A DNA stretch of 63,995 nt, the filler included, from Porpidia crustulata (lineage: Eukaryota), in the NCBI GenBank assembly GCA_964255105.1. It is 8 parts of 8 records of this genome, joined end to end, with 100 filler letters (N's around TTAATTAATTAA, not from the genome) between each part and the next. Parts side by side here need not be neighbours in the genome. Positions count along the whole stretch, not along the records: positions 16,196 to 24,182 come from CAXUWE010001202.1; positions 24,283 to 32,265 come from CAXUWE010001203.1; positions 32,366 to 40,330 come from CAXUWE010001204.1; 5 more parts are not named here. One strand, 5' to 3'. This document shows, one piece after another, positions 22,001 through 34,467 of the stretch (position 1 is its first letter; the number at the start of each line of letters is the position of its first letter). A program made the position numbers and the translations under genes. A model generated the notes under the pieces. It was not told the DNA's origin, searched no databases, and saw nothing but the letters and a program-made list of their open reading frames with translations.

Positions 22001-24182
22001 ATGGTCTTGCGAGTACAAAGCCCAGCATCGCATAATCAGATGCTAGGGCAGCGGATACGCCACCCCTCATCCACAAATTTCGATCAGGATTTTGCCACAC
22101 CCATAGCAAAGCGGCTGAAGAGGCTTCACAGCACCGACAGCTCTTTATCTCGTAAATCATCAGACAACGAAAATGAGCGGGACGAAAACTCGCCGCCGCC
22201 AAGGCCTCCATCGAGGGAAATTCCCGATTCAGAGGCTGAAAGTGATGAAGAAGACGAGGTTGCGCCGAGTACCAATCACAAGACAGACCTGGAGAGCGCC
22301 CTGCCGCCCGTGAAAACAGACAAGGAAGCAATCGCTGAGTACGAAGCTTCCCGGGCTGCCGAAGCCACAGGAGATCTAGATCTATACGGAAGGCTGGGAC
22401 AGAGAAAGTGGGTTCAGGGCAAGAGCTCGATATACGTTGATGCTTTCAACTTGGCGTTGGAGACGGTGCTGGAAGATGAGTCGCACCTATTCGACGAAGC
22501 TGAAATGGCGGTGTTTGAACGGTGGAGGGGCCTAAGCTACGAGGGACAATACCTGTGGGTAGATGCTTGCGCTGTCGTAATTTTAGTTATTATTAGAATA
22601 GGAACGCTGAATTCGTTGTCAGATATGTTCGACTATTTCTACGTAAAACCGCTGCTTGGCATAGAATAAACCGTTTAGGATACTATGGCGACATAGCAGA
22701 TCTCCCAGCAGCTGTCCAGGATCTGCTCAAGCCAAACCCACTCCCGGAAGCAACTGTGACGAACCAAATCACTCCCGGAGAGGTTGAGCCTCCCCGAGAT
22801 TCCGTATTAGGACAATCTTTTACCTTTGCTGATGGATCCGAGGAGTATATTGACACACTCGAAGAAGCGTCCTCCTTGCTTCGGCTCGACGAACTGAAAG
22901 CAATGGCCAAAGAAGCCAAAGTCCAAGGCAAAAACAAGAGAGATCTGCTCAACGCACTCAGACGGACGAGTCAAGCTCAGGGTGGCCTCGGATGGGCAGG
23001 CCTTCGAAGATCAGACATCCAAGAATCTGCGAAGTCCGAGTCTGAAAGCATCATCGACGATGAGAACGAAGAAGATCGGCCGGAACTCGAAAGGGTGAGC
23101 ACCAATAGGGATTCACATTTTGTCCGGAAAATACTAGCAAGCACTGGACCTTGTGTCCGTCTTTCATCATCGACTCTAAAACTCTTTGAGCGTATTCATC
23201 TAGTATTCTACCGTTCCACGGAGTGGACCGAGAAGTCCCTCACCACCATCATCCTCGCCAGGATCTCACGACGCAATTTCCCAGAGTACATCGTCTCGAG
23301 ATCTGCCAACATCTTCCCCTCGCGGTCCGCCCTGCTGGAGTTTGAGGCCTCCGTTCGCACGCAATTCCGGATAGACAGCATCCTCGAGTACAACGGGACG
23401 GTGACCAGAGATGGCTTGCAAGCTGTCAAGGACACGTTCGAAGACGTCTACCCCCGCTGGAGGGATCTTCTGGAAGAAGAGCAGCGAAAGGAAGACCGGG
23501 TCTACGAAAGCGGAGAAGGTGCGTATCTGCGCCGCTTTTCTCCCGCGTGGGTGTACACTCGTATCGTGCACAAAGGCACCTCCGTCCTAGGCCGCTTCAA
23601 AGAGCACGAGCGAGAACATCAAATGCTGAGCGAGCTGTTGTCCCAGCGTCTCTTCCACGCTGCACGGCGAGGGTCTTGGTATCAGCGTAAGGCGCTGCTG
23701 GAGGAGCACTACATGTGGGCCTTGACACCCGACGAAGGCCGCTCCGAAGACGCACAGAAGAAGCACTGGAAGAAAACCGCCCTCCAAACATGCGAAGACG
23801 GTCTCCAAGACCGCGACTGCCACCTCATCTACCACCACGACCTGCAAAAGCGGGTCATGAAGCTCGAAAAGGCCCTCAAAGTCGCCAAGCGCCACCAGCA
23901 CGACTTCGGCCACGTCCGTCTCGCGAAAGCAGTGGAGCGGACCGTCTTGGGCATCCGCGTTGAGAAGGAGCCGCAGCCCACTCGGAGTGATGGCCGCAGG
24001 AGTAGCAACGCCGACGTCTCCCGCCGCGGCGCCAAGACCGTCTGGATCGACGAGCTGGAAGGCGGCGGCGAGTGCGGCGTCGAAGCCATGTGCCTGAGCT
24101 GGTACCGCTCCCAGGGCTGGAAAGGCTATCACTCCGAAGGCGGCATCGTGCGCACTCTCGTAAGCTCCCTCTACCCCAACCC
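22001..24182 (+). CDS. FAN1: Fanconi-associated nuclease 1 (VRR-NUC family), 3' truncated by the contig end
   Basis: SSIYVDAFNLALETVLEDESHLF; EGQYL|YVRLFLRKTAAWHRINRLGY across an intron; SAP-like LDELKAMAKE; RRGSWYQRKALLEEHY; CGVEAMCLSWYRSQGWKGYHSEGGIVRTL. Start codon uncertain (22001 or 22040). Confidence 0.92.
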
Positions 24183-24282
24183 NNNNNNNNNNNNNNNNNN
24201 NNNNNNNNNNNNNNNNNNNNNNNNNNTTAATTAATTAANNNNNNNNNNNNNNNNNNNNNNNNNNNNNNNNNNNNNNNNNNNN
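24183..24282. other. Artificial contig spacer
   Basis: 44N-TTAATTAATTAA-44N. Confidence 0.99.
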
Positions 24283-24718
24283 GGATTAAGATTATGATTG
24301 GGATTGAGATTGTTTCTAGAAAAGCAAAACAAAGTAGCAAAGTGAAAGAATTCATATCTTAAGAAATAAACCTCCATATCCCATAGTTTTCTCTCGAATC
24401 AAAAATCAAAAAGTCTCGCACAAGTGAGATGTCACGAACTTTCCCTAACTCCAGGACCTCGCATTAATAGATATTTTAAACAGGGCTTGACCAAGGTGCT
24501 CGGTTCCAAATCCAACATCAGGTTAGATCTATTCATGATAGTTACACGTTTCGCGTATGTGCTGTACACTATCATACCATCCCAAAAATCTATGTAGGAG
24601 TTCTATCTTGCTTGAAGATACGTTTCAAAATATATGACCCAATTGTTCGTTCTAATGAAGACTCCTGCTCCCAAGAAAGCCCGGCCTGAGACTGTCGTCA
24701 ACCGCATCTATCGTTCCA

Positions 24719-26053
24719 TCATCGTCGGTCGCCATAAGGGCGATTTGACTGGCCGTAATTATCGAGCGGTATCGCCGAATTGTAATTCCCCTCGACATTG
24801 TGCCGAATCTGCGGCGAACCCTTCGACCTCACCCTTCGCCACTTGAGGAACATCACCCCGGCGAACACAGCCAGGAGGAAGACATAGGCGATGACGATGT
24901 AGGCGACAACCCCCGTCGTGCTCACGACTAGATCGAGTCCGATCGCGGCGTTCGCGATGCCCGCGACCATGACCACCCAGCCGAAATATCGATGGATGAC
25001 GCCGAATAATGTGCCCTGCCCCTTGCGCTTATACATCCAGTGGTTCCACCCTCCTAGCAGGACCTGAACGGCGGTGGCGATGAGGACGACCACGCCGATG
25101 CCTTTGTGAGGGGAGGCTTGTGATTTGGCGTCGTAGTAGGCGTTGGCGACGGGGAAGCCAATGACGCCACCGACAATTGCGATGATGGACGCGATGACCT
25201 GGGTTACCCAGTGCCAACGTACGCTGTCCATGAGGCGAAGGATAATGACCCCGACGGGCATGAGGATGAGGAAGCCCAAAACCGCGAGGGCGGCGTGGAT
25301 TATGAGTATGCTAGTTGATGTCGTGCTTCCGGTCGTGGCTTTGGAGCCCGAGGATGTCGTGTTCGCTGTTGGTGCGGCGACGTCGGTGGATTGCGCAGTG
25401 GCTTGTACCATGTCGAGCTGGAAATTGCCTGCACAGCTGTCAGCATGTTCTGCGAAAAAGCGCTTTGAATTATGTACCATAGGATGTCCGGGAAAGATCA
25501 TGCTGCGGGATAGTGGCTGAAGTCGAGTCGCTTTTGAGAGACTGAGAAGGACCGACTGCAAAAATCCAGTTTTGCTGCTTCGACGTGAAATCCAGAGAAC
25601 CGCCACTCCAGGTTTTGCAATTCCGACAGTGCGCATTGACCACCAGCTGGTTATTTGTGATTCCAGAGCCCGCCAGTACTGTGACATCGATGTCTTTGGA
25701 GAATTTAGGCTCGTCATGCGAAGGGCTTATCCTTGGGCTTAGGGTGACGTCTGGACAAATGTTAGTAAAAACGCAATCTAGGGCAGCAATCCGGGTTTCT
25801 TACTTTGGCCATTGGCGTTGGAGTAGGCCACAAACACCATCGAGCCCTGCATCACAGATCCCGTACCGACAGCGATCCATGACTGACTCGCAGGTCCTTT
25901 AAGGGTAAAGACCAGATCGGACGAATTGGCTGGGATGCTCAGCGCAAAGGTGAGATCCGACGACGTCCCACCAACTCCATTTTGATTGAAATTCGAAGAT
26001 TGTGCCAGAGACACAGACACAAAGAAGAGCGCAAGTAAGAGTGCTGTTCACAT
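24719..26053 (-). CDS. DOMON (CDH-cytochrome-like) + cytochrome b561 membrane protein (3 exons); codon 2 is TGA, so possibly a pseudogene
   Basis: M*TALLLALFFVSVSLAQ signal; SWIAVGTGSVMQGS; TLSPRISPSHDEP; AHCRNCKTW; WIFAVGP; YG|NFQLDM; then TM helices with His in IIHAAL, RWHWVTQ, PHKGIG and VIHRYFG. Confidence 0.8.
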
Positions 26054-27080
26054 TATTTCAGTCCGCTGGGCAGCCAAGACGTTGATTGTACTCACCAGCT
26101 ACCACATTGGTAGAGCCAATACGGAAAGTAAGCATTGGACCAGCAGTGGACGAACGAATGGTACAATAACAGCTTCACAAGCAATTCATCGAGAAATCAA
26201 AGATATACACGCAAGATGAAGAAGAAGCAATAGAGATAGGCCAACATGTCTTAGTCGTAGTCGTCAGCTTTCAGCCCCAAGCGGCAGAGACGTGCGTGTA
26301 CTATGTACGTCTATGATGCCAATAAGGTTCGAAGGATTTGGACCAGCCACAGAGATTCGTAGTGTGTAGGGCGCGGTAAAGGGCTAACAAGTCCATCATC
26401 TACCAGTCTATTTTTGCAACCACCAAACCATATCGCAGAGCATTTGTACGCCCCATCTATGGCACGAAAATTGAATTACGATAGCAATGACATGATTGGC
26501 TGCTCGGCCCACGATGATTAAGACAGCAGTCTTAGTGTGGACCCAACGGGCTAGACGTGGCTGTTTACTACTATGTATGCGCCTGTTGGTGTACTGCATC
26601 TACCGTTAACATGGTTTCAAATGACAGAAGTAGTATCTTTACCCTCGTCAACAATGTCCTGATCTTGGGCATACGTGGCGACACGACTTACGGATGCGTG
26701 AAACACAGATGATACTTTCCTGTTCTCGAACAACCTGTTGAATCTAGTAACGTAATCCAGCAAGATCCCGTGCCAGCGACACGCAGACTACCATACGCTG
26801 GACGGAACAATCGATTGCTGTGTCTATCCTGTGTGAATCAAGTATCAAGGGGCTTTTCAACCAGCGTTCCTGTAAAGGCCGGGTCGATTATGGCTTTCGT
26901 GTCCATCAACTTGCGGAGGAATGGCCGAGACGTCATGTGTGTGTGCCGGTCCTTCCTTCAGCCGAAGGTATCTCTCGGCACAGGAAATGAAGATTCAAAA
27001 ACTTAAAACACTGGGTAACTGATCATGATCTCGCAGCATTACTGTGATGACTACCGACATATCTACCAATCGTCGTCGAC

Positions 27081-27812
27081 AGCACTGGTCTCGCAAAACT
27101 ATCACAAAAACTTTCTGATAAGGTTATGCATCACTAAAATGACCGCGTGGATCTCATCTACTTCGCACTTGCATGCCGACATTCCCTCTCGATGTTGGAA
27201 GACCAGATCAGGGCCATTCTAATGGTTGATGCTGCTCCTTGAACTGGACAACGAATCATCCGTTTGGGCGATTATGCGCGAGACTTACTATATGATTCGC
27301 TGGATGTCTCTAAGCGCTGTGAATTAGGACTTGAATACCAAGACTATAATAGCCCTGAGAAGAAAGAGATGACGAGCGTCAACCGCGCGGTTGACGACGG
27401 TTTTGCCGCTCCTGAAACCCAAGATAATCCGACAAGCATGTCCTTTAGACTTGATGAAACTGAAGCAACAATTCTCAATAAATCGAGCCCATACGACCCC
27501 ACAACGCGAAAGAACCTCTCAGATCGGGTCCGGATTCTCAGAAACCTGAAGATGCGCGAGTACGTCCGCGCAGACGCACTCGCATCCATTTCTTCCAGTA
27601 CCTCTTCAAATGGACCGTTCCTGGGGCCCGCAGATTTCGGCGATACAATCATGGCCCAAGCCTACCGGAAGTCGGATCCATCTGATACCCCCCGTCGAGG
27701 CTGCGAAGCTCCATGGGCTGGAGAATATTCTTTTGAGATTATTACGCTTGAGAGGCTGGCATCAAAATACAGGGATTATGGCCACTGGAAGGATATCAGC
27801 TCCTTTGATTAA
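27081..27812 (+). pseudogene. Pseudogene of a fungal F-box-like hypothetical protein family (boundaries approximate)
   Basis: One frame reads LAKLSQKLSDKVMHH*NDRVDLIYFALACRH...AAP*TGQRIIRLGDYA...ILRNLKMREYVR...SDPS...PWAGE...WKDIS. In-frame stops at 27135 (TAA) and 27240 (TGA, where Trp is expected). Confidence 0.55.
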
Positions 27813-28483
27813 GCGCAGTTCTTGGAGGACGAGAGAGAAGACTTACCGAGTACAATGCCATAGCTTCATTTGTGATGATGAAGCGGGCCGTGGTCTTCCA
27901 ATCTACATACCGCCGCCTCGCTCTCTTTCTTTTGGCCAAAATAAGATTCACCATACCATATCGGGTTAGTCCAAAAAGCTTCTCGATAAGCTTTCAGATT
28001 TCCATTGCTTACAATGCACATGCTATGATTGGCTGAATTCTTCTTGATCTAGATGATACTAGGCTAGACTCGAATGTAATTTGGCTTAGTCGGTTGACCG
28101 TTAGTGGTCCCATGTCGTGAGTATTTGATGATATTCTTGCGTCTGGCGATGATTCTACGTTGTGGCAACCGCTCGGTGCTTGGAAAGTGAAGAGTTATGA
28201 TTGGTTTGTTTTGATCCTTCCACGCCGGCTTATTTGCAAGTCTTGAAATTTTCCTTGAAGGCAAACAATCAGTACCATCACTTCACAAGCGTCTTGTTCT
28301 GTCATGGCGTCAAAGACTTTCGACAAACAAGACTAGTATAAGCAAAACAAGTCTTTTGCACTACAAAAGTCCATCTAATCAACATTTTCCACCCGCGAGG
28401 TGATCAACTGTCAAACGATCCTGCTAATCTCGGCCAATTTGATTTTTTGAGCCTACGGAAACTACAGTCCTGAAATCGCAACG

Positions 28484-29417
28484 ATGGATACTCAGCCAAT
28501 CGAACCAGCTGTGGAGCTTACACATCCCATACAGAATCGAGTGGAATCAGCCGCCCCTGTTCTATCTGCGCAACAGAGGGCTCATCATGGTGCGGAGAAA
28601 CATTCTGGGGGCGGCAACACTGTCCGTGATTTTATTCTTGGCTATGCAGATGGTCTTACAGTGCCTTTCGCTGTGACCGCCAGCATGACTAACGTGGGTT
28701 CCGCCAAAACCGTTGTCCTAGCCGGCCTTGCAGAACTCTTTGGCGGGGCAATTTCTATGGGGCTGAGCGCGTATCAAGCAGCAACGAGCGAGAGGGATCG
28801 ATACGACGCCGAGGAGATGCGTGAACGACAAGAGGTGGCTACAGACCCCGAGGCAGAGAAGAAAGAGATTCATGAGATACTTGGAAAGTATGGGATCAGC
28901 AGAGATGCGAGTACAATGGTGGTGGAAGATCTGCAAAAGAATGAGGAGAACTGGATCTTGGTACGTTGTCTTTCAAGACCAGAGAGAGCATAGCTGACAA
29001 AGTATCCAGTTCATGATGCATTACGAACTCCAGCTCTTCAAGCCACGGCTGTTTGAAGCATATATCTCTGCGGGAGTGATGGCTCTGGCCTACTTTATCG
29101 GTAAGTAGATTTACAATCCACCTCCTCTAGGATCTATCAGCGCTAACAACAGAGCAGGTGGTCTGATCCCCATGATTCCATATTTCGCCATGTCCAATCT
29201 CAACCATGCTCTCTTCGTCTCCATTGGCATCACCGTAACAATATTCACTATCTTCGGCTTCATCAAGAGCTACTATAACGTCCCAACATTACGATCAGGT
29301 CTTTGGGGATCGGCTCGGACAATATTCGTCGGCAGTCTAGCAGCAGGAACTAGCTATGGAATTGTCAGAGGGCTCCACAATAGCGGGCTTTTCAGTGATA
29401 CCCCGAAGACTACTTGA
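28484..29417 (+). CDS. CCC1: VIT1/CCC1 family vacuolar Fe/Mn transporter (3 exons), divergent copy
   Basis: VRDFILGYADGLTVPFA, LAGLAELFGGAISMGL, EEMRERQEV and YFIG|GLIPMIPYF. Introns start at 28961 and 29101. Confidence 0.88.
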
Positions 29418-30025
29418 GAGAATGGATTTGATCTTAGCATTTTTATCGGCGCACTTCAAGGAACACAGAAAATCAGTCTCGAGATCAATTAGACTGTATC
29501 ATACCCCATTAGCGAGATGTACATTAGATGAACATGAAATTTTTCAAGCAGGCCTCTGTTGGCGTAATTCGATCCGTAAGTGGGAATTTGACTCGAGCTA
29601 ATTCGACAAGCAGTGCGTGATCTCTTTCGAGATAAATGTGCTGCAAATTGCGAACAGGTACAAGCAGATATGATTATCAACCATAGACGCCAGACGCTCC
29701 GTTGTCGGAACCACTGGAATGACTTTCAAGAATCACCCCACTTCAGCAATTGATCCATCAAACAATAAATAAATTGTGTCTAATATTCCACATTCTCCTT
29801 CATCTTTGAGTCTTCTTTTCGACTCTTCTTCTTTTAGAGTTGTCCTCATTCGTAAAGCGCAAGACGATGGCCAATTCACTAGCAATCAGTCGTTCGAGAC
29901 CGCATTGGAATACACTGATCAGTATGACTCCTCAGTAGTTCCAGACTTTTCACCCATCTCCCTCATACTATCTATTAAGAGTATTTCGACAACAATTCCA
30001 CTTAATACAGCTGACTGAATTTCAG

Positions 30026-31539
30026 ATGATACTTCCGAGCGACATAGTAACATCCCGCTCGACGATGTACCCATCGACCGACACATATCAACCTCTCTGA
30101 TCGCTCCATCCGATTTTCCAGAAGGCGGTCTTAGGGCCTGGCTGGTCGTCGCAGGCTCCTTCGCCGTCATCGCCGCCACTTTCGGTCTCACCAGCTCGGT
30201 CGGTCTCTTCCAATCGTACTGGCAAAGTCACCGTACGCAACTTCGAAACTCATTTCTCCATCTCTGATCTTCGAACCGCCTGTTTAGTCTTGTCAGCGAA
30301 CGCGTAATTCATTGAGCCGTTTTTCTCTTGTTCAGCCAGTCACACATTTCGGTTTGGTCCTACAAACCATCGACACAATACTAATCACGAGAGCGTAAGC
30401 AGAACTATCATCCTATTCGTCCCAAAACTTAGGCTGGATAGCCTCATCCCAAGTCTCTCTAAATCTATTTCTTGGCGTTCAGATCGGCCCTCTCTTCGAC
30501 CGCTACGGCCCTCGGTGGCTTCTGTTCGTTGGCTCCGTCGGTTATGTTGCCTCGTTTCTTATCCTAGCGCAGTGCACAAAGTACTGGCACTTTCTCCTCA
30601 ATTTCGGGGTCTTGGGTGGAGTCAGCGCTGCTCTCCTCACCACGGTCGCCTTGGCCGTGATATCGCATTGGTTCGAAGCGAGAAGGGGCTTGGCGACCGG
30701 CATCACCCTCATGGGATCGTCGCTGGGCGGTATCGTATTCCCCATCGCTCTCCAACCAATTCTGCAGCATCTAAGTTGGGCATGGTCGATGCGGTTGGTG
30801 GCACTGGTCGTCTTGGTCCTGACCGTCATTGGCAACTTCTTGGTCAGGGGCAGGCTCCCAACGGGGAAGCAGCAAGGTTCCATCAACCTGAAATGCTTCC
30901 GGGACGCCAGATTCACCTGGACCACCCTCGGCGTCACCTGTTTCGAGTTCGTCCTCTTCGGCGCCCTCGGTCTGCTCCCCACCTACGCCATCGACCAAGG
31001 CTTCAGCAATCGAACGAGCTTCTACGTGCTCGCCGTTCTCAATGCTGGTTCGGCAATAGGTCGCTACACGTCCGGGCACCTCTCCGACCACTACGGCCGC
31101 TTCAATAGCATGGCGTTGACCCTCGTCATCTCTTTCGTCGCTACATTTGCCCTCTGGCTCCCTATCAATCGGAATGTAGTTCTGTTCTATATCATGGCGC
31201 CAGTCTTCGGCTTCGGCTCCGGCAGTATCATCAGCCTGGCGCCCGTGTGCGTCGGGCAGCTCTGCAGAGCGGACGAATTCGGGCAGTTCTTCGGGACGAG
31301 CTACAGCGTCGTCAGTTTCGCGTGGGTTTTTCTCCTACCAAAGCATAGCGTATCACGAAAGCTGATCAAGGCCAAGCACCCTCATCTGCATCCCCATCGG
31401 TGGCCAAATCCTCTCCGCGGCCGGCGCCAGAGCCTTTGTCGGGTTTTTCGGCGCGATCCTGGTGGTGGCGCTCGGGAGCTTCACGATGGCGCGGTGGGCA
31501 TGCTTGGAATATCGCTGGACTTGGAAGGCTAAAATCTAA
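30026..31539 (+). CDS. MFS monocarboxylate-porter (MCH-like) transporter; first exon and start not resolved
   Basis: FPEGGLRAWLVVAGSF, GPLFDRYGPRWL, ISHWFEARRGLATG, GSSLGGIVFP, GHLSDHYGRFN and APVCVGQLC. Ends WTWKAKI*. Confidence 0.88.
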
Positions 31540-32265
31540 GCTGAGAACTCATTACAACTGAGCCATATCATAATCAATCCTCAAAGCGATGGTTCAACCA
31601 ACTCTTATATGAGAAAATGCATGAGCTTACAGAGCACAGCATCGACGTCACTCCTGCTACTTGTCAATATATCCTACCCCAAACACAACACTCTCATTGA
31701 CGGACGAGAAAGCCGATTCCATCGAACGGTTCCATCACAAACCGGGGTCACCTTTCTATCTGACCAGGTCAACAAGTGAAATAGCTAATCAGGTACAAAG
31801 CAGGCTCACCCCGCAGCAATCTGGCAGAGAACTGCATACCAAACAACGCGACGGGACAAAAGCAACTCAGCCGTCCTCCCCCCGCTTCCGACTCGTCGAC
31901 CTTTAACACCGCACCGCAAAATCCCTCGCCCATCCACGAATCCAAAAAAGTCGTTCACTCCCACAAATGAATCGATACAAACAGCCATCCCCGTTTCTCA
32001 TCTCATCATACAAATCTCAACCTTCCACGATCTATGTTTCTCGTCTTGCTTCATTCGCCCATTCATCCCATCTTTTAGCCAAACGTGGTTAATCAGGATC
32101 TTATGACATTATCTGCATAAACCTAAAAACCCGTTTTCATCCCACGGATGAAACGAACATTCAGCGCCGTCGTCGTCCTATCTCATGAACCAAGTCAACG
32201 CTCCCGTACCCATCGAGCGTATTAGTTCATCGACACAAGTGACTTTGTACTTCTCTCCCTATCGC

Positions 32266-32365
32266 NNNNNNNNNNNNNNNNNNNNNNNNNNNNNNNNNNN
32301 NNNNNNNNNTTAATTAATTAANNNNNNNNNNNNNNNNNNNNNNNNNNNNNNNNNNNNNNNNNNNN
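32266..32365. other. Artificial contig spacer
   Basis: 44N-TTAATTAATTAA-44N. Confidence 0.99.
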
Positions 32366-32980
32366 GTCAGCGCCATTTCTCGTTTGTTGTGAGACAGGTT
32401 GATGGAGCATTACATAGACGATGTGTTTGCACTGGTTTCCCTTTTGGTTGTCTGGGCAGGTGCAGCTTGGCAGATGATTGATGTGCACGTGATAGATGTT
32501 GCCGGTACTACCAGCCATTTCGATGGTTTCTTGAGGCGAATCGTCAGAGTCGGATCGGGTGCGGTTGACCACGAACATGCTGCAAGATGGGTTTCAGTTC
32601 ATTTCTATTGGTTGGTGTGTTGAACAAATTGGAGCATACCGTTGTGTTGTAGCTCGATGTAGTTTCTCGAGGTATGACTGCGGGGCATATTTGCGAAATA
32701 GCCTCAAGCGCTCTTCTTCGTCTTTGTCCTTCCGAGCTACTTGTTTCCTCTTCTTCTTGGACGGAGAAGGCTCTTCTGTGCCTGTTTCAGAGGTCAAGTC
32801 TATGACTGGCGCCTTTTCCTTCTTTATTGACGATGTCGTTGGTGTCTTGCGCTTTTTCGACATTGGTGTCCATGTCGACGACTCGTCTGCTGGAAGACTT
32901 AATGGTTTTTCCATCATATCCTTCCGAATTGAAGGCGGGATCGTAGTAGTCTTGGACCTTGTTCGATACTCTGGAGACAT
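32366..32980 (-). CDS. SWIM zinc-finger protein (usually SWIM+RING in fungi), 3' truncated
   Basis: EERLRLFRKYAPQSY...RATTQR|MFVVNR...AGSTGNIYHV...PSCTCPDNQKGNQCKHIVYV (CxCx7CxH). Confidence 0.88.
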
Positions 32981-33333
32981 GGTTGCATTCCGGGTGGCGT
33001 GTGACAGCTTGAAGACGTCTCAATCCAAAGCGCTGAGAAAGAATTCAGTCACACAAACAGAGCATATGCTTCATACACCCAGAAGAAGTCTTCGAGTTCC
33101 ACCGTCGAGCTTCGAGCTCGAGTCAACCAAGTTGTATAATAAGTGCATTGGTTCTTGCGAAAACAAATGACGTCGAAGCACATAATAGCTGGAGCGGAGA
33201 TATTCCGCAGTCGAGTACGCTACGGTTGATAAACAAAGACTTGATGTAGGACTTGCTTACCCGTGTGAGAGGCTACATCTCTCTGCGGCTTTCACAGGCT
33301 ATAGTCAACAATTGCTCGTCGAGCATAGAACTC

Positions 33334-34467
33334 ATGATGGAGCCTCTTCGTGAACCTCACTCGGTGTCCTTGAAAGGTTTGGCAACTGAACAAATATCCT
33401 ATTTTGTCTCGAGGCTGATGGATACCAAGTTCTACGGTCAGTAGGCCCAGGAACCTCGAAGTAATATTTGAAGCTGATTTTTCTAGATTGTCTCGACCAG
33501 CATTTTCACAACTGTTTCCGCTTCCTTCTCAGCCTGTAGATGCAGTAATGAAGATAGATCCTAAAGCCTCCTTGGATGCAGTCTCAGAAATCCTTGATGA
33601 TCAATTCATTTATAGTCCGGTTGTACGTTGTCGAAGGATTCCGTACCTCTAATCTAGACGCTCATTACGTTCCAACAGCTTACTTTACCCCCTTCATTTG
33701 GCTCAGCCTACGTTGGGGAAACATTCGCGTGCACAATTTGTGCCAACAATGAGCTCACTGCTGGTACTGGCCGTGTGGTGACGTCTATCAAGTTTGGAGC
33801 GGAGATGCAGACCCCTTCCCTAACAATTCCCCTTGAGCTTGAGTCCAGAGAAGACGATTTGGAGAACTCGCAGATCGAGCCAGGACACTCATTGCAGAAG
33901 ATCGTACGCTTTGATCTCCGCGAGGAAGGCAACCACGTACTCGGAATTAGTGTAAGCTACTCCGAGACTACGATCTCCAAGGGAAACTCGGCTTCCAGTG
34001 GCCGCGTACGGACTTTTCGGAAGCTCTATCAATACATCGCGCAGCCATGTCTCAGTGTTCGTACCAAGGTATCGGATATTCCATCTGCCCAAGTCATTAG
34101 AGAAAAGCAACAGCCTCCATCAACTGAACGTTTCGCTTTAGAAGCTCAGCTGGAAAATCTAGCTGATGGACCTATCACACTTGAAACGGTCACTTTCAAT
34201 CCAAAACCCCCTTTCGCGTCGAAATCACTAAACTGGGATATTACCCAACCAGATGGAAAGCACGCTAGTAGTCCGGTTGTAATGCCTCGAGAAGTTCTGC
34301 AGGTTGCTTTCTTGATCGAACAACAGCACAGCCCTCCAGATCTCCCACCAAGGGAAGCTGACAAGAACGGACGAACGATCCTTGGCCAACTGAGCATCCG
34401 GTGGCGGACGGCTATGGGTGACACTGGGTCCTTGAGTACCGGGTGGTTGATGGAGAAAAGACATTGA
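33334..34467 (+). CDS. TRAPPC13: TRAPPC13/DUF974 family protein (4 exons including a 7-nt micro-exon)
   Basis: EPHSVSLKVLRLSRP after splicing; LTLPPSFGSAYVGETF; FDLREEGNHVL; RTFRKLYQY; LGQLSIRWRTAMGDTGSLSTG. Confidence 0.88.

Noticed and set aside
28011..28030. CCAAT-N12-ATT (CBC/HapX-like bipartite site) upstream of CCC1, minus strand
   Set aside because: Too degenerate to support without cross-species conservation.
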